Shown here: positions 1-10,684 of the stretch, one piece after another
How positions within the stretch are numbered: the stretch's first letter is position 1
Layout: each line of letters begins with the position of its first letter
Assembly: GCA_030295235.1 (NCBI GenBank)
Contig: AP026133.1
Location: 1,116,001 to 1,180,000, forward strand
Length of the DNA stretch: 64,000 bases
Direction: 5' to 3'
Source of the DNA: Fistulifera solaris
Lineage: Eukaryota
The notes under the pieces: generated by a model
What the model saw: the letters and a program-made list of their open reading frames with translations, nothing else
What the model was told of the DNA's origin: nothing
The model's database searches: none
Made by a program: the position numbers and the translations under genes

Positions 1-657
1 TTTCTGCGGAGCTGGGATGTCGAATCGGAACAGATCTCCGTTGAGCTCGAAACACACACAACGTCTCACATTACTACATTGACGTCAGCGTATGACCCTT
101 TCATGTCTTCATCTTCCGGTCTCGGCCCCGATATTATTGTAGCTGGGCTTAGTGATGGCGCCCTTCGAATCTATGATATCCGTAGCCGCCGAACAGCACA
201 AGAATTGCACTCAGGACATGGTAGTCGTGGTTCAAAGCGTACCGGAGCAAGGGCAACGCTCTATTCGGAGCACAAGAGCTGGGTTGTCAGAACTGCGTTC
301 ACAAATTATGCGAGCAAAAGTGAGATAGTATCTGGAACACTGGCAGGTGAGATTAAGTTTTGGGACTTGCGAATGTCATCAAGCATCCGAACTATTGAAG
401 GGCAACGCTCCACCATGACGACCTTGGCCGTCCACCCGCAGATACCAATGTTGGCAACTGGGTCACATGCACAGTTCATTAAGATGCTGACCCCAGACGG
501 AGATACGTTACAAGTCTTACGATACCATGAAAAGATGGCGAATCACAGGATTGGTCCTGTTAGTTTTGTCGCCTTTCATCCCTTCAAACCTCTTCTGGCT
601 GCCGGAGCAACAGACTCAATGATTGGCTTGTATGCACCTATCAAGAAACTTTTCTAA
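1..657 (+). CDS. RAPTOR: RAPTOR/KOG1 (TORC1 subunit), C-terminal WD40 region, 5'-partial
   Basis: Frame 1 is open from base 1. It contains WD repeats (GALRIYDIR, GEIKFWDLR), and the end LRYHEKMANHRIGPVSFVAFHPFKPLLAAGATDS resembles the Raptor C-terminus (RIGxxSxxAFHP). Confidence 0.85.
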   Translation, partial: FLRSWDVESEQISVELETHTTSHITTLTSAYDPFMSSSSGLGPDIIVAGLSDGALRIYDIRSRRTAQELHSGHGSRGSKRTGARATLYSEHKSWVVRTAFTNYASKSEIVSGTLAGEIKFWDLRMSSSIRTIEGQRSTMTTLAVHPQIPMLATGSHAQFIKMLTPDGDTLQVLRYHEKMANHRIGPVSFVAFHPFKPLLAAGATDSMIGLYAPIKKLF

Positions 658-721
658 ATACATCTTCAAAATTGTTTTTTTTCTAAAACGCCTTTAGACT
701 TAAGACTCATTCGCCATCTGA

Positions 722-2035
722 TTATTCTTCCGACTGCCATCCACACATTGACGTCCCTTGAAAACTGAACATGTTCCATAGCCGTTGCTCCCACCGCAAC
801 CTCATGTTCTGACGTGCAACAGAATAGTATTGATTTCTCAAGGTCTCCATTGACGCTGTCCAACTCCACGTCTCGGTGTCCAAGCGTGCACGATTCGCCA
901 TTTTGTCTCGCAGACCCACATCTGACCGCAATTGACAAATCCTGTTGGCATACTCGTCGGCATCATTCGGTGTGACTAAAAATCCCGTTTCACCATCGCG
1001 GATAAGATCTACTAGACCACCCGCTCGAGCTGCCACGACGGGGACTCCACTCGCCATGCTTTCCAATACAACAAATCCAAGCGTCTCCGAAGTACTCGGC
1101 ATGACAAAGACATCAGCCGAAGCAAAGGCTTTTGACAATGCCCTACCTTGCAATGGCCCAGTAAAGAAGGCTCTTTCCGTGGGAAGCAAAAGGGAACGCA
1201 ATTCGGCTTCGTAAGGTCCATTTCCAATACAACTCAAGCGTACATTGGGAGGCAGTCGTTTCATGATTTCAGGAAGCAGATGCAAGCCTTTCTCAGTAGC
1301 TATCCGACCGACGTATACGACCAAGAAATCTTCTTTGTGACCATCGGTCATGATAACACGCATCGTCTCATCCTTATATCGTGGATGGAATGTCTCTGTA
1401 TCAACTCCTTTGGGCCACACCATCACCTGATCGATTCCGTGTTGTTGAAATTCTTGTTGAATTTGCGGACTGGTTACAATCGTGACATCCGCCAGCACGT
1501 GATGAACCCAACGGATCCACTGCCACACGATCCATTCGGGGAGTCCGAATAGTTTGGGTAGATATGTTCGCACATAGATGGGTAAATGTGTATGATAGCT
1601 CACCAAGAGAGGGATTGAGAACATGCGAGAAATCAAAGCCGCCGAAAGCACCAAGAATCCCGGGGATGATGCGTGTATGATATGCGGTCGATGATGAGCC
1701 ACCGTCCGTAGCGATCGAAATGTGTAGTCCCAAGACAGTGACATGAGCGGATAATGTGGCAACCGAAATCCAGCCGTATAATGAATGGGAAACCCCAGCC
1801 AAATTTGAGGCAGATTCTTTGTATTGACAACTTCTGTTGTCACAATTTTTACATCATCCTCCGGGTGTTTATTAGCAAGATAATTTAAGAGAGCTTGAAA
1901 TCGGTTGGCGTAACCCGACATATAGGTAAATGGGGACGGTTCTACGAACAAACAAATTCGGAGAGGAGTTTTGTCATCTTTTGCGAAAATCATGGGAAAA
2001 AGAGACAACAAAAGAAACAGAAACGCGGACTGCAT
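722..2035 (-). CDS. SQD2: Sulfoquinovosyltransferase (SQDG synthase), GT4 family, with N-terminal signal peptide
   Basis: RICLFVEPSPFTYMSGYANRFQ matches the plant SQD2 N-terminal motif. It also has IIHASSPG, SYHTHLP and the GT4 motif ETLGFVVLESMASG. ATG at 2035 is followed by a hydrophobic leader. Confidence 0.9.
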   Translation of the reverse strand: MQSAFLFLLLSLFPMIFAKDDKTPLRICLFVEPSPFTYMSGYANRFQALLNYLANKHPEDDVKIVTTEVVNTKNLPQIWLGFPIHYTAGFRLPHYPLMSLSWDYTFRSLRTVAHHRPHIIHASSPGFLVLSAALISRMFSIPLLVSYHTHLPIYVRTYLPKLFGLPEWIVWQWIRWVHHVLADVTIVTSPQIQQEFQQHGIDQVMVWPKGVDTETFHPRYKDETMRVIMTDGHKEDFLVVYVGRIATEKGLHLLPEIMKRLPPNVRLSCIGNGPYEAELRSLLLPTERAFFTGPLQGRALSKAFASADVFVMPSTSETLGFVVLESMASGVPVVAARAGGLVDLIRDGETGFLVTPNDADEYANRICQLRSDVGLRDKMANRARLDTETWSWTASMETLRNQYYSVARQNMRLRWEQRLWNMFSFQGTSMCGWQSEE

Positions 2036-3896
2036 GGGCGTTTCCAGTAACAATTCCCGGTGAGAGATTGTATCTCATGGAGAACCGCAATGAAGATTAC
2101 AATAAAAGTAACTCAAACGCACTCTCTAGTAAGGTCAATGAAAAAGTAGAAGAAACCATCAGGCCCGTTCCTAACCAAAATATCGTACCCAATATCGTAC
2201 ACTTCATCGCACTCATTTCCGGGTTATCCCTTTTTTTGTGCGATGGATTTCCATCGTACCAGGTACCCTCGCGTGCGATGGGGTACGATGCGATCCATCG
2301 TATCCAAACTCGAACCATAAACTGGGAACCTTTTGAATAACAACGAATTGACATTCCAATAAAATTTCTTTGACGCACACACTTTTCAATAATTTGGAAG
2401 AAATCATCCATCATTATTGTTAGGACACAGCTATCCCTTTTGGTACGGAACATGAATAAAAACAATGTTATTGTCGTGAGCCAAGGAAACGCTTCCATTG
2501 CAGCAACAACCTATTTTCGAAGCGTTTCAACGAAGCTGGTCAAAATGTTGCTTTCTGCCACTGGCGATGATGGCATGGCTGTTATGTTGGATTCACACGA
2601 TTTTGTGATTTGGCCAGCGACTTCGTCGAAGAGAAAGGTAAGTCATCAACGAAGATTATCAACAAGAACTTTAGATTGTTAATAACATAACTGTACTATA
2701 ATCATTGTTTTATTTACTTATCACTATTGTTGTTGTTCAATTCCGATAGCGACCCATCCGACAAACATCCGGCTCAAAGGAAAGCAAACGGCAAAACAAT
2801 TGACCTTTAAGGGCATCCATCGACAGCCTCTGACAAAGCAGTCAACCCATCAGTCCGAAAGCCTATAAAATGGCGAGCAAATGCATCAAGGAACTGAATC
2901 ACAGTTGCACGACCGGTCAAACCAATCGCACAACGACGCCATGAAGCGATGGTAACTCTTACCGCGTCGGATGTCGCGATCAAATAGCCAAAGAACAAAG
3001 CAAAATGCAAGGGAAGGAAATACAATCAAACGATAGCATTGAAAGATTTATAAAAACAATTGCAAAACAAACATTATCCACAACGACCCCTGGGTGACAA
3101 TTATGAGACGACCAAATGATGGAGCCGACGGAGAATCATGACGAAGATTGTTTTTGAATTTTATGTTGTATACGTTCCGTTGTCCGCAATTGCGTAGGAT
3201 AAGTAAGACGAAATAATAAATAATGAAGTTATGGAGGAATGATTGTTTTGCGGATCGGAATGTCAAATTGGCGCCAATTAATCAGTGGGGTTTGAATGCC
3301 GGATGGTACGATGGAAGCGATTCGGTTAGGACTGGAACATCGTCACCCAGCTTCCTTCGTACGTTGACGTACGATGGATTGGGGGTACGATATTTTGGTT
3401 AGGAACGGGCCTCAGGAAGCGCAGCTCTTGCTTCTCAGTGGATGTGTGAAGTATATTAAGGACAAGGAGAATCTCACTTTTCCTGGCAAAACACCTCCTA
3501 CCGGTACAAGCCCGCTCTAGGTATTACGGTTGGAGTATCACTTAAGGCCGAAAAACCTGAAAACCAAGATTTTGTCCACACTAAATAAATCGAGCATCAG
3601 TTGTCAAATAGTGATTTCAGTACAGGTACTAAGTACATTATTTTGGGATTATAGTGTGGAATCACTGTATCACCCCGCCTGTCAACTCTCCCACCTTTCA
3701 CACATTATTTTCGAAATTCAAAAACGGAGACCCGCTCTCACTTTCACAAATCACTCACGACTTCCAAACTGTTTGCACATGAAAAAGTGAGCGACTCAAC
3801 CGACATTTTTTTTCATGGCCATAAAAATAACAACACACCAATGCTGTCTCAAATTCCTCCTTCCATACAGCTACAAACCATTTAAGAGACGTTTTC

Positions 3897-4199
3897 ATGT
3901 TTACTCATCCTCGCTTTCGCTCGTTCTATTCCTCATCTGCATCCGAAACGCCCAGAAAATTTGATCAGTGGAGTCAATGGTACGAGAATGCACAAATAAC
4001 GTCTGGGACGTTGCTAGGCAACTCTCCCACGGATCCCAAACTTCTCGCATTCATGCAACAGTCACAGCCATATCCATTACCTTATCATGGCCATGGGTTG
4101 GCCACGAGAAATGTTACCAGCAACAACACGGATAAAGTGGCAGCCGTTTCAGTGCGTGAACAGGTCCAAAGGTTCCATAAAAGCCGAATATGTATATAA
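3897..4199 (+). CDS. Possible small hypothetical protein
   Basis: ATG-initiated 100-aa ORF in an otherwise empty interval; no recognisable motif. Confidence 0.2.
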   Translation: MFTHPRFRSFYSSSASETPRKFDQWSQWYENAQITSGTLLGNSPTDPKLLAFMQQSQPYPLPYHGHGLATRNVTSNNTDKVAAVSVREQVQRFHKSRICI

Positions 4200-5018
4200 A
4201 AAGTCTCTCTGTGGGCAGAACTGAGAATATCTAATGCTTGCGCTAGCTAAGCAATCAGATGTTTACGCGTTGGGATACACAACGATATGTCTAGTTTCTC
4301 TGATTTAAGATCTAATGTTAATCTATATTCCCTTAACGAACGAACTAGCTACTTTGTAATCTCTTGGCAGTTTCTAATGTTCAAATTGACTCGTTCGTAG
4401 TCAGGAAAAAATTCGTTTTGCATCCCCAGAATTCAACAGAAACTTCTCTGTTTTGTTCTTGATGTCGTGTCAAAGGGATGAGAGAGAGGCAGAACTTCTT
4501 CGTTCCAAGTGCGCTCATCGGCAGAAAGTGCGGGATGCAAAGTATTGTGTACAAGTACATTCACGTCGGCCCCCGTAGAGAAATGTACCCAGCAGAGGTG
4601 CGTTCCCTGTCTACCTCACGTGAACCGAATCATCATCATCGAAAGGCACGAATGGCCAACCGATAACCTATGACCGAGCCTTTTGGTGGGACTGGATAGA
4701 CGGCTACAGGTGACATGTCGGATGTCGGACAGTTCAGGTTAATGATCACGTCCACAGAAAATCTGAGGATGTTATTTGTCTTCACGTAACCAGAAAATCT
4801 GGCTGTGTGGTGTCGGCGATGACAGAAAACGTTGTTTTATTTTTGTGCGCTGCGATAATGCCAACAAAAACTAACTGGCAACTGCATTTTTGATGAATAA
4901 GTGTCATCTCTCTTCCACAATCCTATACAACAACAAGTTGCTGATTACACGGACGATATTGTTTGTCAAAATACTGTTCAATTGAAGAGTACCCGCGAAC
5001 AAGCAATTCTTTTCGACA

Positions 5019-6143
5019 ATGCGAACGAACGGTCTTCCTGTTTTCTTGTCAGTGATCTCACTCACTATTCGTTGCGGGGCGTGGGTTATGCCAACCAACC
5101 GAACTCCGAGAAATCGATTGCTTCAAGCTGTCTCTTCTACAGCGTCTGATATCAATACGTTTGAGCGTTGGTGCCGCGATCAAGGGTGTAACTGGAACAG
5201 TGCCGTATCACATGCTTACTTCTTGGACGGACGCATTCGAGGGCTGCAATGGACGGGAAAAGCGCGACCCGCACAACCGGAATGTGCTGTCAGTATACCC
5301 AACACTATCGTTCTTTCGGTTGAAGACAATGATACAATGTGGGATGCCAAATTAGCATGCAAACTTTGGGAGGAAATGCAACTTGGTACTCGGAGTTCCG
5401 TGTCCGGATATTGCTCTTGGCTAGCGACCGCGAATGGAAAAAGTTACGTACCGAATACTGTTCCGTCGACAACTGTCCCCAACGCATTGAGACATTGGGC
5501 TGAAGCGGAGAAGGAGAGCCTATCCGCCAAGCCAGCGGGACAGAAACTGGTAGAATTACAAAAGAAACAGGACGCCGCTTGGCGCGAAAAATATCAACCA
5601 TACTCCGACGTTCTTTCCTGGGAAGCTTTTGAATGGTGCATGGAAGTTGTACACTCACGGGCATTTCGGGGAATTGGATCCTCCGTATCCGTCATCCCGG
5701 CAATTACGGCGCCTCTTCTGGCAGCGTTTGCTGGCTGGTATTATGTTACAATCGTCAATCCGCTCGCAACAACCAGTAAAGGAGATGATACTTTATTAAC
5801 ACTCTTGGGCGTCGCGGGACTTCTCTTTGCGAGTTTCCCAACTGCACTGCAGTTGTTACAAAAACCAATTGTCGCGTTATTGCCATTGATTGATTCCGCA
5901 AATCACTTGGAGGCCGCCGACTCCCAGATAGAATACGTTCCTTCCAAGAAAACATTTGACCTCTTCATCGGTCCTCAGTGTATCGACAACGATACATCGC
6001 AACTTTACATTAGCTACGGCAAACAATCAGACGAAGCGCTTTTACTGAATCACGGGTTCTTGCCCAATGTCCAAAAGAGGCCAGGCGATACGGGCAGCAT
6101 ACGACAAAGTCTAATCGAAGTATTTCATGCTCGCAACCCCTAA
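5019..6143 (+). CDS. SET-domain (Rubisco LSMT-like) lysine methyltransferase, probably plastid-targeted
   Basis: SET motifs RGL, VHSRAF, LLPLIDSANH, YISYG and LLLNHGF. The signal peptide ends CGA-W followed by a Ser/Thr/Arg-rich transit-like stretch. Confidence 0.8.
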   Translation: MRTNGLPVFLSVISLTIRCGAWVMPTNRTPRNRLLQAVSSTASDINTFERWCRDQGCNWNSAVSHAYFLDGRIRGLQWTGKARPAQPECAVSIPNTIVLSVEDNDTMWDAKLACKLWEEMQLGTRSSVSGYCSWLATANGKSYVPNTVPSTTVPNALRHWAEAEKESLSAKPAGQKLVELQKKQDAAWREKYQPYSDVLSWEAFEWCMEVVHSRAFRGIGSSVSVIPAITAPLLAAFAGWYYVTIVNPLATTSKGDDTLLTLLGVAGLLFASFPTALQLLQKPIVALLPLIDSANHLEAADSQIEYVPSKKTFDLFIGPQCIDNDTSQLYISYGKQSDEALLLNHGFLPNVQKRPGDTGSIRQSLIEVFHARNP

Positions 6144-6613
6144 AGAGGAAGAAAATAAAATGGATTAGAAGCTAGCTAATTAACAACAATTTGACTCTTG
6201 AGAATGTACAATTAGCGCGAGAAAAGAAACCGCGGAATGTTATTCCTCCTATTTCTTGCACCTTTTTTATCAAGTATCTGCAACGTTTATCTTGTTTGGT
6301 GATCGATAATAGTTATGATTTAAGGGGTGCTGGTAGACTAGAGTGTTCTTGCTTTCTGCTCGTCGAGGTCGAGCACCTAGAACCCGTACCCCGTACCCCA
6401 TACAGACGGTCACGGTCATTGCGAGCACGAATTTTCTTTCATCAAGGCCGTTACGTTTTTTTTTCCTTTCGTGCATCACAACACCATGGAAACGAGCATT
6501 TCTCTCTTGACGTAAGAGCTTGAGACAGGAATCAAACCGTTCTAGAGTCTTTTAACGGGGAAAGACGTGCACCTATATGTTAGAAGTAAACGCATAATTA
6601 ATATCATTTGAAA

Positions 6614-7803
6614 ATGAGACGAACCAAACGAGATAGCGACGATGAAGGGCCGGATTACGAAAGTGACGAAAGTCAAAGCATTGAATCGGCTCGAGCTTTC
6701 CTTCCCTTGGAAACGGCAAACGGCGGTGCGGAGGAGGAAACATCACCGATCGTTGAGGCGGTAACACGACTACAAAATTGTTTGCCGCATGTCAGCGCTA
6801 AGAAAGTAGTTTCTACTGTTCTTACATCCTTATTCGTTATCATTCTATGGGATGCTGTAATGAGAGACCCCGAAGACCGATTTTTAAGACCTGATTTTGC
6901 GGAACGATTTCTGCAATGGGTACAAGATCATCCTCTGAAAGGAATCGTCGCGTTCTTTCTTGTGATTGCCACGGCTGTCGTGTTGATGATACCCATCGGA
7001 ACGCCCTTGACAGTCGGTTGTGGCTACATTTACAAAGGAGCTTACGGATGGAAATTAGGTTTGACGTTGGCTACCTTTGTCGCCTTAGGGGTTCCGCACT
7101 CGGTGCTGTCATTTGTTTCTTACTAGGAAGATATTTGATGCGTGAGCAAGTCCGCAAATGGGTTCGAAAATATCCTTTATTTGATGCGATCGATATGGGT
7201 AAGTACAACTGGAGATTCATTCTGATCACGACATCCATTGTCACTGATCTTGTTTGGTTTGGCTTTCTTGCTTGACATAATGCAGCGGCCGCCGAACATG
7301 GCCTCCGCATCATGGCCATGCTCTATTTGACACCAATTTTACCGCTCGGCCCCGTAGCTTACATGTGCGGCACGACATCTATGGCGTTACATCATTTTGT
7401 GTTGGCCAAGGTAGCGTCGTTGCCTCTCATGCTTTTGTATGCGTTTATCGGTGCCAGTACGGGAGCATTGCTCTCACACGGCAAATCGCAAGAAGAATTT
7501 CGAAAGATTGAGGAAAACCAAACGCTGATATTATCAGGTATCGGACTGAGCTTTGTGATGATTGCTGGTATCACTCGAAATATCAAGAAGGAATTGAATA
7601 AGGTGAGTCTGTGGTAGCGAGCTACGGTTTTTTTTTTCGTTCGCATTTACCTCTCACTTTTATGGAATTGGTAACATTGCTAGATCTTGGAACGACAAAA
7701 GAAGCACAAACCTGGTGAAATAGAACAACAAGACGAACCAAGAGATGAAGAAACAACAATAGAGATGGGAATGACCGCTCGACGGCAGCGGCGTAAAGCG
7801 TAA
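6614..7803 (+). CDS. TVP38/TMEM64 (VTT / SNARE-associated) membrane protein
   Basis: Motifs IPIGTPLTVGCGYIY, GSALGAVICFLLGRY and LTPILPLG. Introns 7199-7285 and 7603-7683; apparent 1-nt frameshift near 7085-7090; stop TAA at 7801-7803. Confidence 0.85.
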
Positions 7804-8325
7804 CCCAACGAATTGCCCCAATAGATCAAATTCTGCTCTCCAGAGTTGGCCCCATTGACGGGACTTCACCAAAGTAAGGAAACATCACACGAACTACTCG
7901 AAGTTTCCGTAATACCTAAAGACGAGTCTTTAGCTATAAGTGTAGATCCAACGTCTGTTCCTATAGTTTCCTTTGTCCTCCGTGGATCGTGCAATGTTCT
8001 ACGTTAAGGTTAGCGTTTCCAGCTTCCTTTACACGACACAAGACCCAATCATCCATCCATCCATTTTCATTGGACACTTCCTCGTAGTACTAATACGAAC
8101 GCGCGCCAGTCAGCAGTCCACGCCCTAAGTACGTCTACATGTTCCATCTCCTAAAACTCCCTCCACACGTCCCAACGGCTGTCATTGTAGCTCCAAATAT
8201 TATGGGTGCGCCGTTGCGTTGCACCTCGTTTGGTTCCGCCAGCGACGCACCATTTTTCTATTCGCAACAGCGACACTGTCGAGCAACAACAATTCACTTG
8301 AAAAGATACGGAGTTACCTATCACC

Positions 8326-10119
8326 ATGGAAGAACCTTGGGATGAATTGATGGGACCTTCTCCCGATGATGTAAAGCGAATGCTAAATAATGACGAAACG
8401 AGATCACAAACTGTAGTGAGATCCGCACCTTCTGGACCTCCTCCGGCCGGCATGTTTGCACCTCCTCCCGTTTCTTCGAATAACTCGGTCGCCTCGTCCT
8501 CCAAACTCGCCTTTGAAGATGAAGAAGACGGAGATATCCGCATTTCTTCGAGTGCGAGTGTTTCGAGTACCGATGCTAACGCGATTCGTCAGGAAGCACT
8601 CAATGTACTCAAAGTCGCGGACGATCGTTATCAAGCGCAAAGCAGTTATTCTCTTACGAAAACAGAAGGCTTCAGTGAATCCTATACAGACTCGAAAGGC
8701 AAGCGCGTTCCTGCGGCACTCCGGGGCTTGGATTTCAGTAGCAGCTCGGCGACGACTCGAACGAAACGATATCACGATGTGCCTTCGGTCACCGCCAACA
8801 AGTTCTCGGTCGAAGATTACGAATACGCGGATCAAGATGTGGTTGATGTCGTCGGGATGGATCGACGTGGCATGGCGACTCGCAGTGAAGCCGAGTCGAC
8901 CTCAAGCAGGAAATGGTCGTCTCGATACGATGTCGATAAGACATTGCTATCCATTAGCATGTCAAAACAAAACAAACACGCCTTAGAACAGATGGACCGA
9001 GATCACACCAGCATGAATCTATTCAACAACAGTTCCGTTCGAGCACCCAAGGTATTCGGGAGTGGTTTCTCCTTTCGCAAAAACAACGTCTTTGGTAAAC
9101 AAAACGTTACAATGAAGCCACCGGATGCCAACTTACAAACGGTGTGGATGGACATGGATGGTTCTTCTTTACCCGCGCCCAATACGCGCAACAAAAGCTG
9201 GCAGGAACAACTCGACCAAAAGCGACGTCAACGACGATGCTACATTGTCACGGCAGCGATCCTCTGTATTCTGGTGGTGGCGTTGGCTTCTATCTTTGGG
9301 GCCAAGTCGGAAGAGATCTTTGGTAAGGGGAATGAGGCTCAGATTGGCACGGGTCCGATTGTGCCGGGCAGTGTAACTTTCTATGTGACGGCCGACGGCC
9401 CATACAACCTCGAAGACGAAAAAGATCTGTTGAATGAAATGAAAACGCTTACCCCCGAGACAAGCTTCATTGTTCACTTGGGAAACCTTCAAAAAGCAGA
9501 AGAGACTCTTTGCGCTGATTCCGAGTACTTTCAAACAGCGGCATTCATGAAGCACTTCCCGATTACGACATTTGTGTTGCCGGGTGAAGAGGATACCGAC
9601 AATTGTCCGTTCCCCAAACGAGCCTTTGAATCTTGGAAGGACCAATTCAAGTTCTTCCATCGACACTTCGATCACTTGCAAAGTAAGAACTTTGAAGTCA
9701 TGTCTGAAGTTGATCAGTACGAAAATTTTGCCATTCTGCACGGCGGAGTACTGTTCTTGGGAATGCACATCACAGGAGGTCGCGTATCGGATCGTGCGGT
9801 TCACCAGAGTCGTAACGATTACAATTACAAATGGATTGAAGGTATGATTAAGTCGAAAGGAAACGAGGCCCGAGCCATTGTAATGCTCGGTAATGCCCGA
9901 CCTGGCGAGGCGCAGAATGAAGATTTCTTCCAACAAGTAGCGCAGTTCTTGGCCACGAATACGGACAAGCCGATTGCCTACATTCATGCGGGTGGATCAA
10001 CGAGCGAGGTCTACACACCCTTCAAAGACAACAATCAGATTCTGGTCATCCAGGTAGGCGACAACCCGTTGATGAGAGTAAATGTTGGCTTCGGTGATAG
10101 ACCCTTTATTTTGGCATGA
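8326..10119 (+). CDS. Type II membrane protein with a C-terminal calcineurin-like metallophosphoesterase fold, metal ligands apparently degenerate
   Basis: A disordered N-terminus is followed by basic residues and one TM helix (YIVTAAILCILVVALASIFGA), then FYVTADGPY, FIVHLGNL and FVLPGEED at the DxPY, HLGD and PGDN positions. Confidence 0.7.
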   Translation: MEEPWDELMGPSPDDVKRMLNNDETRSQTVVRSAPSGPPPAGMFAPPPVSSNNSVASSSKLAFEDEEDGDIRISSSASVSSTDANAIRQEALNVLKVADDRYQAQSSYSLTKTEGFSESYTDSKGKRVPAALRGLDFSSSSATTRTKRYHDVPSVTANKFSVEDYEYADQDVVDVVGMDRRGMATRSEAESTSSRKWSSRYDVDKTLLSISMSKQNKHALEQMDRDHTSMNLFNNSSVRAPKVFGSGFSFRKNNVFGKQNVTMKPPDANLQTVWMDMDGSSLPAPNTRNKSWQEQLDQKRRQRRCYIVTAAILCILVVALASIFGAKSEEIFGKGNEAQIGTGPIVPGSVTFYVTADGPYNLEDEKDLLNEMKTLTPETSFIVHLGNLQKAEETLCADSEYFQTAAFMKHFPITTFVLPGEEDTDNCPFPKRAFESWKDQFKFFHRHFDHLQSKNFEVMSEVDQYENFAILHGGVLFLGMHITGGRVSDRAVHQSRNDYNYKWIEGMIKSKGNEARAIVMLGNARPGEAQNEDFFQQVAQFLATNTDKPIAYIHAGGSTSEVYTPFKDNNQILVIQVGDNPLMRVNVGFGDRPFILA

Positions 10120-10684
10120 TTCAATTTGAGGGCGAGCATCGTGCATTGCGTAGTTACACGATGCTAGATTTTCTAAGTACGACCGTTATCGCTTCTAAAG
10201 TACTTTTGTGTTTCACTCTAGCTAGTGTCGCCACTGGCAATCGGCAATAGTTTACAACCGTCAACTTCGGAACTCAACTGTACACCCAAAGCTAGCTACA
10301 AAAGCGTAGATCCTCAAGGGATGGAATGGAGAGATAGAGGTTATTTCGTGCCTCACTCTCATCACAGTGTTTTGCAAATTGGATTGATGTACCGCTGCGT
10401 CCTAACGGCATCTAATTAAATAATAACGCCCTTTGTACCAAATGCCACTGCAGACTTCTTCAGCAAACGAGAAGTAGTGAAACCTTCGTGCTGCTTGCCG
10501 TCGTTTTTTCCTTTTTTCTAGGACAAGCAGTTTATTAAACCTACAGATTGAATACTTGCTATTCTGGTCGATCCAAGAACAGGAGAAGCGACATAGCGAA
10601 CACCGCGGTTAATAAGGCGGACACCCTTCGACTTCTTTCTGAAGTTTCAGCGAATAGCACCTTTCGACCACAAGCAAGACGATT

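Noticed and set aside
2097..2498. 133-aa minus-strand ORF
   Set aside because: No recognisable motif. It occupies the SQD2 upstream region containing a TACCAGGTA site, so it is probably non-coding.
9169..9987. Long antisense ORFs (also 26406-27092, 58895-59491 and 59860-60483)
   Set aside because: They are shadows of real genes on the opposite strand with no independent motifs.
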